Positions 30,606 to 40,191 are shown, counted from the first letter of the stretch. The stretch is DNA of 64,000 nt from Spirochaetota bacterium (GCA_030634165.1 DAOWBH010000001.1:7361-71360); one strand, 5' to 3'. Translations and numbers: made by a program. Notes: generated from the letters alone by a model not told the origin.

Positions 30606-30680
30606 CTAACCCTATCCCTTCCCTTGTTCGCTTCGCAGGGAAGGGGAACGTTGAAAATTAATATCGAGCATTTTTTTGGA
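30606..30680. repeat. Dispersed hairpin repeat, copy A (CCTAACCCTATCCCTTCCCT-loop-AGGGAAGGG...TTGAAAATTAATATCGAGCATTT)
   Basis: Near-identical to copy B at 56648-56715 except for the hairpin loop (12 nt here, 4 nt in copy B), which is the part expected to vary if the stem is selected. Intergenic. Confidence 0.7.
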
Positions 30681-30734
30681 ACTTATTAAGCTATTTCTTT
30701 ATCAATAAAGGATATGACTATCTGAATAAGAGAC

Positions 30735-30880
30735 TGTTGCACAACCTGATTTTTTTGAAAAATGACTGTTTGAGTAAATAAACCATCTATTAACAAATAA
30801 ATTTTATGCCCAACAAATGACTTCTTTAGATAATAAATTCAATACGAGTTTCATTTTCAAAAAAATCAGGTTGTGCAACA
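30735..30880. mobile_element. MITE-like element, copy 2 (146 bp; TIRs GTTGCACAACCTGATTTTTTTGAAAA / TTTTCAAAAAAATCAGGTTGTGCAAC)
   Basis: Perfect 26-bp TIRs. Its internal sequence is conserved with copy 1 (AATACGAGTTTCATTTTC). It ends 4 bp before the stop codon of the 30885-31985 gene. Confidence 0.8.
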
Positions 30881-30884
30881 TTAT

Positions 30885-31985
30885 CTAGAATCTAAGACCG
30901 GAACCAATACTGGTAAACAGCGTTCTGAAACCACTTGTATAATCAAGACCAATACTTATATCTGTCAGTAAAAATAAAATTGAATACCTCATACCAAGAC
31001 TTGTGGAGTATTTTGTGTTTGCTGAAGAATCAATAGTCATCCTCGATTCAAAACCTATCCCTGTTCTCCAATAAAACTGCCAGTTTCTATTGTAGTAATC
31101 ATTAACCAGAAAATGTAGTTCAAAATATGCAGAAATCTCTACCATCCTGTTTCTTTTTTCGTAAAACTTCCCCAGAAAACCAAAGGATAAAATAGTATTC
31201 TCCACATCAAATATAAAATCAGCTCCAAGAGCCGTTATTCCTGTATCCGGTACAGTGCTTAATAAACCCCATTGTGAAGCAAAAAGCTCCTTGGGAAGCG
31301 CCCAGTCATACCTGAATAGTACATTAAATGTAACCGATCTTGAGCGGGCATCACCCTTGTACTTGTTTCTCGCGTCATACTTCAGCTTTGAGTCCCTGTC
31401 TATTACGAGTTTTTTGTCTTTTTTCTTTTTACGCTGTTTTACTGCCTTATTTTTAATGGTCCTTTTTTTTACCGCATATACCGAAAATTTATATTTGGTT
31501 TTAAACAGATTTCTGACCTTACTTGTAAAATCAGAAAGTATTATATTTTTTTGAGCCAAAAAGTCAGAAATTGAAACCGTTGCAATAACCATTCCTGTTT
31601 TTATACTGAGAAGCCTTCCCTTAACACGGATAATACTTGAGTTTTTGAAATACTTTACTCTTCCGAAAAATATTAAATCTGCAGCAAGCCGCCTTCCAAA
31701 TCTCTGGAGAACAAGATCATTATCAAACTGTTGTTTGCTTGCTTTGTATTTTTTACGAAGTTCCAGGATATCTTCTTTTTCAACCAGATCAACATTCGGT
31801 AAATTTCTCAGAGAATTCTTTATAGAAATACTTATCTGATGAGTATAGTTTTTTATTACAGGATTTTTACCCTTATATTCCAAATCCATAATAGATACAA
31901 CCATAAACTCTTGCGCTTTTAAATTACCAAATATTAAAAGAACCAGAATAAGAATATACCCTGTTAAGAGTGAATACCTTTTCAT
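30885..31985 (-). CDS. outer-membrane beta-barrel protein, hypothetical, with a Lys-rich internal linker
   Basis: Signal peptide. C-terminal amphipathic strands ending ...GSGLRF. No catalytic motif. Confidence 0.4.
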   Translation of the reverse strand: MKRYSLLTGYILILVLLIFGNLKAQEFMVVSIMDLEYKGKNPVIKNYTHQISISIKNSLRNLPNVDLVEKEDILELRKKYKASKQQFDNDLVLQRFGRRLAADLIFFGRVKYFKNSSIIRVKGRLLSIKTGMVIATVSISDFLAQKNIILSDFTSKVRNLFKTKYKFSVYAVKKRTIKNKAVKQRKKKKDKKLVIDRDSKLKYDARNKYKGDARSRSVTFNVLFRYDWALPKELFASQWGLLSTVPDTGITALGADFIFDVENTILSFGFLGKFYEKRNRMVEISAYFELHFLVNDYYNRNWQFYWRTGIGFESRMTIDSSANTKYSTSLGMRYSILFLLTDISIGLDYTSGFRTLFTSIGSGLRF

Positions 31986-32914
31986 TTATTCTTCCCCTTT
32001 ATAATCATCCTTCTTTTAAAAAGAAACTTCGCTTTCACAAAAGAATTTTCCGCCAAAAAAAATTTCTGAGTTTTTAGATACATATTACCAAGATCAAGAT
32101 ATAGGTCAGGATCACTGGGATTCTTTTTAATATTCTTTTTTATTATTGCAATTTTATAAAGATCCTCATTGGTAAAGTAATTATCTTTGAATATATTCTT
32201 TGTTAATTCAGAATCCTTTTTTACCGATTTGTCTGTTATCTTGCCTTCCCTGCGGTTAATGGTATCAATTCCGAGTATAGCATACTGACGCAGTTCTTCC
32301 TTGTCCTTTGATTTATTATTTTCAACGATTTTTTTCAATTCTTTGATATTTGAGCTATCACCAAGCTTTGCTATAATTGCAATAGCGCTTTTGCGGATAT
32401 CACGGCTTTCACTGCTGTAGGATGATTCTTTTTTTAAAAGAGCCTCCAAATGAGGAACGCATGTCTTATCCCCTATTTTATGCAAAGCTGCAACCGCTGA
32501 CGATCGAATAATTGCGGACGGTGATAATAAATATGAAACAACCAATGAAGTATATGAAGAGTTCCCCTTTTCTCCAATAAAAGTAAGATATTCCTCAACT
32601 AAATATGGATACTTTTCAGCTTTTAGAAGTGCAACAACCTTATCCAGGCTTTTTCTATCTTCTTTCTTTACTATTAAATACATACCGAAAACAGCATTTC
32701 TCTTTACTGAATAAGTAACATTTAATTCAAGAATTTTTATGAGATAAGGAATTACCTTCTGTGTTTTAATATCCGTAAGTTTTCTCACAAACTTTATACG
32801 GTCTGTATCATTTTTCTGTTTTATAAAATCATTAAATAGATCATGCGCTTTATCAGAAGCAAAAACTGTCACAGAAAAGAGAATCAAGTAAATGATCATA
32901 ATTATTCTTCTCAT
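31982..32914 (-). CDS. HEAT/PBS-lyase-like repeat protein, secreted
   Basis: Signal peptide. Repeated HEAT-like units (e.g. RSSAVAALHKIGDKTCVPHLEALL). Confidence 0.55.
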   Translation of the reverse strand: MRRIIMIIYLILFSVTVFASDKAHDLFNDFIKQKNDTDRIKFVRKLTDIKTQKVIPYLIKILELNVTYSVKRNAVFGMYLIVKKEDRKSLDKVVALLKAEKYPYLVEEYLTFIGEKGNSSYTSLVVSYLLSPSAIIRSSAVAALHKIGDKTCVPHLEALLKKESSYSSESRDIRKSAIAIIAKLGDSSNIKELKKIVENNKSKDKEELRQYAILGIDTINRREGKITDKSVKKDSELTKNIFKDNYFTNEDLYKIAIIKKNIKKNPSDPDLYLDLGNMYLKTQKFFLAENSFVKAKFLFKRRMIIKGKNK

Positions 32915-33119
32915 TTTATCTCCTATAAATAGCCCTTGTTCAAAACCTCACGGTTAGAAAATATCAGGGTATTATTATTAAGTCTATATTCCTATACTAT
33001 AGTATATCGCAAAATTTCACTTACACCTGTAGTAAAAGCATTTTTTTCATTTACTGTTTATGGTTTAAATATACATAAGGGTCTCTATAAAAACCCAATA
33101 AAAGATCAGCGGAAATTCG

Positions 33120-33330
33120 TCCAATCCAGGCTGTCCCTTAACTGTGAAGACACCACATAATCTCAATAATTTGAGAAAATTGAGCTAATTTCAGCATATT
33201 TATAATCAAAATACTGGAAAAAACCTGCAATTTCACCTGAAATAAGTAGTTCTGAAGTATCCGATGAATTAAGGGACAGCCTGAATCCGTAAGATCCACG
33301 TTCTATCCCATTTAATTGATAGAACGCAGA
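33120..33330. ncRNA. Candidate structured RNA or leader: long-range inverted repeat (TCCAGGCTGTCCCTTAA ... TTAAGGGACAGCCTGAA) closing a roughly 160-nt domain, followed by an 8-bp hairpin
   Basis: The 15-bp perfect arms at 33124-33139 and 33268-33285 extend with a single mismatch. A second hairpin, GTTCTATC...GATAGAAC, lies at 33300-33328. Both sit inside a 580-bp non-coding region upstream of the giant kinase gene. Strand undetermined. Confidence 0.3.
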
Positions 33331-33497
33331 TCTTTATGGATGCAACTAATCTTTTCAATTATCTATAATACCAAAATAACCTCTTTATGCCTGAAACCAG
33401 GCTTGACTTTTCCAATAACTCGTTTATGATTTAATTACAAGTAGCTTTTAAAGCTATGAAATCAACCCAAAAAAAGCGAAAATAAAGAAACGATTTT

Positions 33498-36400
33498 ATG
33501 CTAAACAAGACAATCAATAAAAAGTATAAAATAATAGGAAATATAGGCGAAGGCGGGATGAGTAAAGTATATCTTGCCAGGAATATTCATGATGAAAAAA
33601 AAGTAGCAGTAAAGTTTCTCAAAACCGGAACAATATCCGACAGAATCGAAGACCTTATAAGGTTCCGCGGAGAAGCGGCAATCATATCTGTACTCAAGCA
33701 TCCAAACATAGTAAAAATCCTTGAAATAGGTGAATATCAAAAAAAACACTATATTGTTATGGAGTATCTCAATGGAGAAAGTTTATCCGATAAAATATTG
33801 CATAACAGAAAATTCAAGGTAGATGATGCCGTAGAAATAGTAAAGCAAATATGCAAAGCCCTTGCCTACATACATGGTTTAGATATAATACACATGGATT
33901 TAAAACCCGGTAACATTATAATAAACAGTAATGTGAAATTAATAGACTTTGCTCTCGCTCAAATTAAAGAATCTACTCAAATAAAAAACACGGATGAGAT
34001 TGTAGGCACATTCAGTTACATGTCTCCTGAACAAAGCGGTACTGTAAAAAGTGAAGTTGACCAGAGGAGCGATCTTTACTCTCTTGGAATAATATTTTAC
34101 CAGATGCTAAGCGGTAAACTCCCATATAGAGGAAAGAGTATAAGTTCAATTATTCACCAGCATATATCTAAAACTCCAATACCCCTTGACAAGGGAAACA
34201 GAGAGATACCTGAAATAATTCAGATGATTGTAAAAAAACTAATGGAAAAGGATCCTGACAAGAGGTATCAAAGTACCAAAGGATTATTATCTGATCTTAT
34301 AAGGTTTGAAAAGGGAGACAGATCATTTAATCTTGACCTGCTGAACATTTCTATAAAACTTACTTATAAAACCAAGCTTGTAGGAATAGATGATAAATTA
34401 AAAAAAATAAAAAGGCTTTTTGATCATAGTCTTGAAAAAAATGGTTCAGCATGTCTTATAAGCGGAGAAGCCGGATGCGGTAAGACACGGCTGTCAGAGG
34501 AATTGCATACTTATGTTTCTTCAAATGGAGGAAATTTCATTTCGGGAAAATGTTTTTCATCAGAGAATCCTGAACCATATGCTCCTTTTAAAGACGCGCT
34601 TAATATCTATATAAACAGGTTCAACAGGTATTCAGAAAACAAAAAAAAGAAAATTATAGGAAAAATAAAAAGCCGGACAGGAAACCTTGGAGAAGCCATA
34701 TTAAAGCTCAACCCGATGCTTAAGACAATAATCGGTAAAACCCCGCCCCTTGTTAAACTGGAACCTGAAAGAGAGAACGAAAGATTTCTGATGGTTGTGA
34801 GCAAATTCTTCCAGGCTCTGGGAGCAGCTGAAAACGGTCTTGTCCTGAAACTGCAGGACCTTCAATGGGCTGATGAAGGAAGCATAGAAATCCTGAGTTT
34901 CATACTTGATAATATAAACAATATTCCGTTATTCCTTATCGGCACTTACAGGGACAACGAAGTAAAACCGGGGGGGAGGCTCTCAGGTCTGATAACAACA
35001 GCAAAATCCCAACCTAAAAGTTCAGTTAAACAAAAAAAGTTTCACAAGATTCATCTGGACCTTTTTAACAAAAAAGAAATGAACAGCTTTGTATCGGATA
35101 TGCTGCGTGACAAACAGGAAAATATACAGGAGATTTCGCATTTTGTTTTCCGGAAGAGCAAGGGAAATCCGTTTTTTGCGACTGAACTGATAAAACAGCT
35201 TATACTGAACTCTGCAATTTTTTACAAAAGAAACCGTTGGCATATTAACAAGCCGGTCCTCAAGAAAACTCAAGTATCCGAATTGATAGCTGACATACTA
35301 CTTAACAGGATAAAGAATTTAAACAGGGTACAGAAAATAATACTGTCATATTCGGCAGTAATAGGCAAAAAACTGGACATATCCCTTTTATATACTCTTT
35401 TTACTAACTCAAAGAAAAAACGGATATATTTTTCAAAAGAGAGAATTAAGGAAGCTATTGATGACGCTGTTTCTCTTCAGCTGCTTGAAAAAAACAATCA
35501 GGATAGAGGAAATTCTCTTTTTATTCATGACAGAATAAAAGAAGCTTTTTACAAGAATATAAAATTAAAGAAGAGAAGACAGCTTCACCTTCAGATTGCC
35601 GGAGCCCTGGAAAATATAAATAAAACTGCACTTAAGAAGGATATTCAAAATTGTGAAGTACTGTTTGATCTGGCTCATCATTATATAGAAGCAAAGGCTC
35701 CTGAAAAATCTCTGGAATATTCTTACCAGGCAGGGATTAAATCCAAAAATAACTACGCAAATGAAAATGCCGTAAAGTACTTTACAATTGCAAGAAACAT
35801 TTTGCTAAGGAGTGGAGATAAAACCAGTAAAATGTGGATTAAATGTACTGAACATCTCGGAGAAATATACCTGACAACTGGAAATAATGACAAAGCTATC
35901 AGGATATTTAATGAGATCCTGGATTTGATGCAGACTAAGACACAGAAGGCAAACATTTATAGACAGATAAGCTCGGGATATTTTAAAAAAGGAGATCTTA
36001 AAAACTGTGAATACTACGGCAGAATCGCCTTAAAACTCCTTGGAGAAAGAGTTCCTAAAACAAAGATAATATTGATATTGAGTATGATAAAAGAAACATT
36101 CCTGCACATACTTCATTCAGTTTTTCCTGGAGTCTTCCTAAAAAAGAAAAATACTGCAAATAGTGAAAAAAGGTTGAGGCAAACACTGATAATCCAGACT
36201 TATAACTCATTAAGCTGGTCATATGTTCTATCAGATACATGGAATTTCATCAGAACCGTACTCAGAATGCTCAACATATCCGAAAGCAGAATAGGTAAAT
36301 CAAAAGAACTTGCTATGAGCATGGGATTTTATGCCGCCGGTTGTATGGCCATACCTCTTTTTAGCAGGTCGTTGAAGTATCATATCAGGGCGCTCAAAAT

Positions 36401-38114
36401 TAAGAATGAACTTGGAGATGAATGGGGATCTGCACAGTCTCTTCAATTTTTGGGATACCTCTTTGAATGGAAAGCCGATTTCCATAGAAGCATCGATTAT
36501 TTCAGTAAAAGTCTGGATATATTCAAAAAGATCGGGGACACTAAAGAAACAACAATGTCCCAAAACGGTTTAGTATCAAACTACTATAATTTATCCGATT
36601 ATAAAAAGACACTTGATATTGGTATTGAGTATTTAGATTATTGCAAGAATAGCCTGGATAAATTTGGCATAGGAGATTCATACAACAATTTTTCAAAATG
36701 CTATATTGCCATGGGTGATTTTAACAACGCCGAAAAATACGCCAGGCAGGCATTAAAAATAAGTAATGAAAAGAATATGAGTTTGAATTACTGTATTTCA
36801 AATATCTATCTCGGTGTAGTTAATATGAAAAGAAAAAATCATGATACCGCATTGAAGTATCTCAATATAGCAAAAGATGTTTTTAAAAAAAACAAGCTTC
36901 TTAAACAATATTCTGTATTCCTTTATTTTTATTTAGCTCAAGCCTATATTCAAAAGTATAGGGAAAGTTCCAATTCAAAAGTGCTACTAAAGAAAATAAA
37001 AAAAACATGCAGATCCGGAATTAAAAAATCAAAATCATGGCCGACCCACTACCCTGTAGCACTTAGAACTATGGCCAATTATTTTGCATTAATAGATAAA
37101 AGTAAAAAAGCAGAAAAACTCTTCATTGAGGCGATAAGCCTCTGCCGGAAAAGAAACCTGCAATATGATCTTGCTAAATCACTCTACGATTACGGACTTT
37201 TTCTAAAATACAAAGGCAGAGAGATTGATACCATGTTTAATCTTGAATATGCATACAAAATTTTTAAAGGAATTGATTCAAAACTATTCCTGCAAAAAAC
37301 CGGTGATCTTCTAGGCATTAAAGAAGAACATAGAGCCATTGACAGATTAAAAGACAAACAGAAACTCATTTCTCTAATCAAGGTAAGTCAGAATATCAGT
37401 TCAATTCTAAATCTCAATGATCTTTTAAAACAGATAATATCAAAAGCAATTGAAGTCACCGGTGCCCAAAGGGGACACTTATTTATTGTTAATGATAAAA
37501 CAAAAAAGCTTGAAATTAAAGCCAGCACAAGTCCATTAAATGGAAAAATCAAACATTACTCTACCAATATAGTAGAACAGACATTCAAGACCCATAAGGC
37601 CATTATAACAACAAATGCGGAAATCGAAAAAGAGTATAAACAGTTCAACAGCATTGTTGAATATGGGCTGAAATCAATCCTATGTATTCCCATTATCCGT
37701 CATAAGAAACTAATAGGCGTTTTTTATATTGATAACTATCTATCAAGCGGGGTTTTTTCCGACGAGGATGTTGAACTCTTAAATGTCTTTATGGTTCAGG
37801 CGGCAATCGCCATTGAAAACGCAATAGTATACAGCAAAATTGATAATCTGAATAAAAACCTGGAATTGGAAATATTAGACCATAAAAAGACAGGTAAAAA
37901 ACTGCTTAAAGCACGTGATCAATTGGCAAAACGTGTAGATACTCTTGAAGGTTTTCTCCCTATCTGTTCATTCTGTAAAAAAATTCGGGATGATGACGGA
38001 AAATGGAACAATATAGAAACATATATAACAAAAAGGTCAAAAGCCAAATTCAGTCACGGTCTTTGTCCTGACTGCCTGAAAAAAAACTATCCTGAACACT
38101 CAAATCTGGTTTAA
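33498..38114 (+). CDS. Giant signalling protein: Ser/Thr protein kinase + STAND-type P-loop NTPase + TPR-like array + GAF domain + C-terminal Cys/His motif
   Basis: Kinase: G-loop GNIGEGGMSKVY, VAVK Lys, catalytic HMDLKPGN, DFA in place of DFG, SPE. P-loop GEAGCGKT near 34463, followed by an hhhhD Walker B-like segment. A long helical TPR-like region follows. GAF domain at about aa 1290-1450. C-terminus CSFCKKIRDDDGKWNNIETYITKRSKAKFSHGLCPDC. Confidence 0.75.
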   Translation: MLNKTINKKYKIIGNIGEGGMSKVYLARNIHDEKKVAVKFLKTGTISDRIEDLIRFRGEAAIISVLKHPNIVKILEIGEYQKKHYIVMEYLNGESLSDKILHNRKFKVDDAVEIVKQICKALAYIHGLDIIHMDLKPGNIIINSNVKLIDFALAQIKESTQIKNTDEIVGTFSYMSPEQSGTVKSEVDQRSDLYSLGIIFYQMLSGKLPYRGKSISSIIHQHISKTPIPLDKGNREIPEIIQMIVKKLMEKDPDKRYQSTKGLLSDLIRFEKGDRSFNLDLLNISIKLTYKTKLVGIDDKLKKIKRLFDHSLEKNGSACLISGEAGCGKTRLSEELHTYVSSNGGNFISGKCFSSENPEPYAPFKDALNIYINRFNRYSENKKKKIIGKIKSRTGNLGEAILKLNPMLKTIIGKTPPLVKLEPERENERFLMVVSKFFQALGAAENGLVLKLQDLQWADEGSIEILSFILDNINNIPLFLIGTYRDNEVKPGGRLSGLITTAKSQPKSSVKQKKFHKIHLDLFNKKEMNSFVSDMLRDKQENIQEISHFVFRKSKGNPFFATELIKQLILNSAIFYKRNRWHINKPVLKKTQVSELIADILLNRIKNLNRVQKIILSYSAVIGKKLDISLLYTLFTNSKKKRIYFSKERIKEAIDDAVSLQLLEKNNQDRGNSLFIHDRIKEAFYKNIKLKKRRQLHLQIAGALENINKTALKKDIQNCEVLFDLAHHYIEAKAPEKSLEYSYQAGIKSKNNYANENAVKYFTIARNILLRSGDKTSKMWIKCTEHLGEIYLTTGNNDKAIRIFNEILDLMQTKTQKANIYRQISSGYFKKGDLKNCEYYGRIALKLLGERVPKTKIILILSMIKETFLHILHSVFPGVFLKKKNTANSEKRLRQTLIIQTYNSLSWSYVLSDTWNFIRTVLRMLNISESRIGKSKELAMSMGFYAAGCMAIPLFSRSLKYHIRALKIKNELGDEWGSAQSLQFLGYLFEWKADFHRSIDYFSKSLDIFKKIGDTKETTMSQNGLVSNYYNLSDYKKTLDIGIEYLDYCKNSLDKFGIGDSYNNFSKCYIAMGDFNNAEKYARQALKISNEKNMSLNYCISNIYLGVVNMKRKNHDTALKYLNIAKDVFKKNKLLKQYSVFLYFYLAQAYIQKYRESSNSKVLLKKIKKTCRSGIKKSKSWPTHYPVALRTMANYFALIDKSKKAEKLFIEAISLCRKRNLQYDLAKSLYDYGLFLKYKGREIDTMFNLEYAYKIFKGIDSKLFLQKTGDLLGIKEEHRAIDRLKDKQKLISLIKVSQNISSILNLNDLLKQIISKAIEVTGAQRGHLFIVNDKTKKLEIKASTSPLNGKIKHYSTNIVEQTFKTHKAIITTNAEIEKEYKQFNSIVEYGLKSILCIPIIRHKKLIGVFYIDNYLSSGVFSDEDVELLNVFMVQAAIAIENAIVYSKIDNLNKNLELEILDHKKTGKKLLKARDQLAKRVDTLEGFLPICSFCKKIRDDDGKWNNIETYITKRSKAKFSHGLCPDCLKKNYPEHSNLV

Positions 38115-38129
38115 AGTATGTTTAACTTA

Positions 38130-39215
38130 TTACAACTTGTTTAGAAATGCAGGGTTTGTTGGATTAGAAATATCATAAAGAACAACACCATCATTTCCTG
38201 TTAGAATCATAGTGTCGTCTGTAACAATTACATCATAACCATTATAACCCTGTAATCGAACCTCTTTTGACACATTGCTTACATCTGAAACATTAAATAT
38301 CTCCAAACCATCATATCCATCACAAACATAAGCATAAGCTCCGCTTACAGCCAATCCATATGGGGCATCCATTCCTATAATATCAGTAACAAACATGTTA
38401 GATATATCACTTATATTTATTACCTCAAAACGGCTGCTTGGACCGTCAATAAAAGAGCCGTCTCTTAATGTTACATAAGCAAAATTTGATTGTACGACTA
38501 CAGGATCATAGGACCGTGCGTGTGTAAGCCTGGACAAATAAACCGGATTTGCTCTATTAGAAATAGAATATACATAAACACCTTCATTACCGCCAAGAAA
38601 CAATAAATTCCTGTCTTTAACCGGAAAAATTGTTTCAATATCCCATCCAATTTCAGCATCTCCAACAGCATCAGGATTTGTTGGATTTGAAATAGAAAAC
38701 ACCTTCATTTGTGAATATTTTAATGAATACAAATAATTGTCAACAATGGAAAATCTCGCCATCGAGCCTCCAGTACTTGACAGCATGGTTGTAGCAGAAT
38801 CTGAACTGCATCCAACTCCACATCCAAACCCGGAGTCATCACCAAGATCACCGGTAGCGCCATAATAATTGCCGGTGGCATCCGGAATAATTCTAATTAG
38901 CCGGGGATCAGTAAGCATGCTAATATCATATACATGCAAATTTCCATAACTGTCAGCATATAAGGCATTACTATAAACAGCAATATCTATATTATTAGAA
39001 ATAGCTATTGTACTAAGCCGAATTGGATTTAATGGAGTAGAAATATTAAAAATATGAACACCGCGAAATCGATCATTTACAAATAATGTTGAACCTTTAA
39101 TCCAGATTTTTCCCGGCTCTGTTATTGTATTTGGATCAAGAACTGCCCGAGATTTACTATTCATCGCACTAACAAAAAATAAAAAGACTACTAAAAAACT
39201 AATTATACGTGACAT
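38130..39215 (-). CDS. secreted LVIVD-repeat beta-propeller protein
   Basis: Signal peptide. Repeated LVIVD-like units (IAVYSNALYADSYGNLHVYDIS; AYAYVCDGYDGLEIFNVSDVSNV). Convergent with the kinase gene, 15 bp apart. Confidence 0.55.
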   Translation of the reverse strand: MSRIISFLVVFLFFVSAMNSKSRAVLDPNTITEPGKIWIKGSTLFVNDRFRGVHIFNISTPLNPIRLSTIAISNNIDIAVYSNALYADSYGNLHVYDISMLTDPRLIRIIPDATGNYYGATGDLGDDSGFGCGVGCSSDSATTMLSSTGGSMARFSIVDNYLYSLKYSQMKVFSISNPTNPDAVGDAEIGWDIETIFPVKDRNLLFLGGNEGVYVYSISNRANPVYLSRLTHARSYDPVVVQSNFAYVTLRDGSFIDGPSSRFEVINISDISNMFVTDIIGMDAPYGLAVSGAYAYVCDGYDGLEIFNVSDVSNVSKEVRLQGYNGYDVIVTDDTMILTGNDGVVLYDISNPTNPAFLNKL

Positions 39216-39525
39216 AAAATTCCTCCAACTATTTAAGAAATGAAAGAGTCCTGGATACTGTCTATAAAATCTAATCGATTACTTCATTTCTTCTTGATAA
39301 ATCTGGTTTCCCACACCTAATTATACTATTATACATCATAAATGACGGCTTTTCAATTATTTCTCTGATTTAGAACAGCAAAATTAATATTATTAGCAAT
39401 ATTTTAACAAAAAATGTCAGGACTGAAAAGCAAGCAAATATTTATACAAAAATAAGATTTATCTAAGTATTTTTTTACTAATGTACTATAATTAAAGCAT
39501 AAGCTGGTAAACTGAGGTTAATAAG

Positions 39526-40191
39526 ATGATTAAAAAAGCTTTATTTGTTTTTTCTATTGTAATTCTACTAAACTCTGTCCTATTCGCTTCCAAGGGTTTT
39601 TATGTTCATTTTGGTCCATCATATGAAAATATCACTTTTACATATAATTCCTCTCCAAGTAATTCAATAAAATATGCTACAGAATATGCATTCGGGGCCG
39701 GAGCAGTTACTTTCGGCTATATGTTCAACTGGTTTTCATTTGATGTTTCATTATCTCTGGATACAATTTATACCTCAATGACCCTCTCCTCCGGCACTAA
39801 TCTTTCCAATTACACCTACACCGGTGATGAGCGACTGCATTATGGAGGAATATCCATTGACTTGAATTTCTATCCTCTGGAATTCTTTATAACTGATGGT
39901 TCTAGCAAAATCAAACCATACCTTGGGATAGGTTACGAGCTTCTCGCGTTTATTGACAATAATAACGGCGGGAACGGATTATTCGGATATTCAATAACAC
40001 TGGGTGCCGGCATAAAATGGTTCTTTGGTAAAAACGCAGAAGACTTTTATATCGGCTTCGGCTTCAAATACAGGCTTTTAACGTTAAACAACAATTATTC
40101 ATCAGGAGTCAGGTCTGATATTCCTTCGGGAGAATCTATTACAGATACAGCCTCATATAGTTTTTCTCTATATGCAGGGTATCTTTTCTAA
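39526..40191 (+). CDS. small outer-membrane beta-barrel protein, hypothetical
   Basis: Signal peptide. Alternating aromatic/Gly strands. C-terminal ...YAGYLF. Confidence 0.45.
   Translation: MIKKALFVFSIVILLNSVLFASKGFYVHFGPSYENITFTYNSSPSNSIKYATEYAFGAGAVTFGYMFNWFSFDVSLSLDTIYTSMTLSSGTNLSNYTYTGDERLHYGGISIDLNFYPLEFFITDGSSKIKPYLGIGYELLAFIDNNNGGNGLFGYSITLGAGIKWFFGKNAEDFYIGFGFKYRLLTLNNNYSSGVRSDIPSGESITDTASYSFSLYAGYLF

Noticed and set aside
33120-33330. Whether the leader structure upstream of the kinase gene is specifically a 6S RNA.
   Set aside because: The size and closing stem are compatible, but I could not verify the central bubble or other conserved features by eye. It is kept only as a generic structured-RNA candidate.
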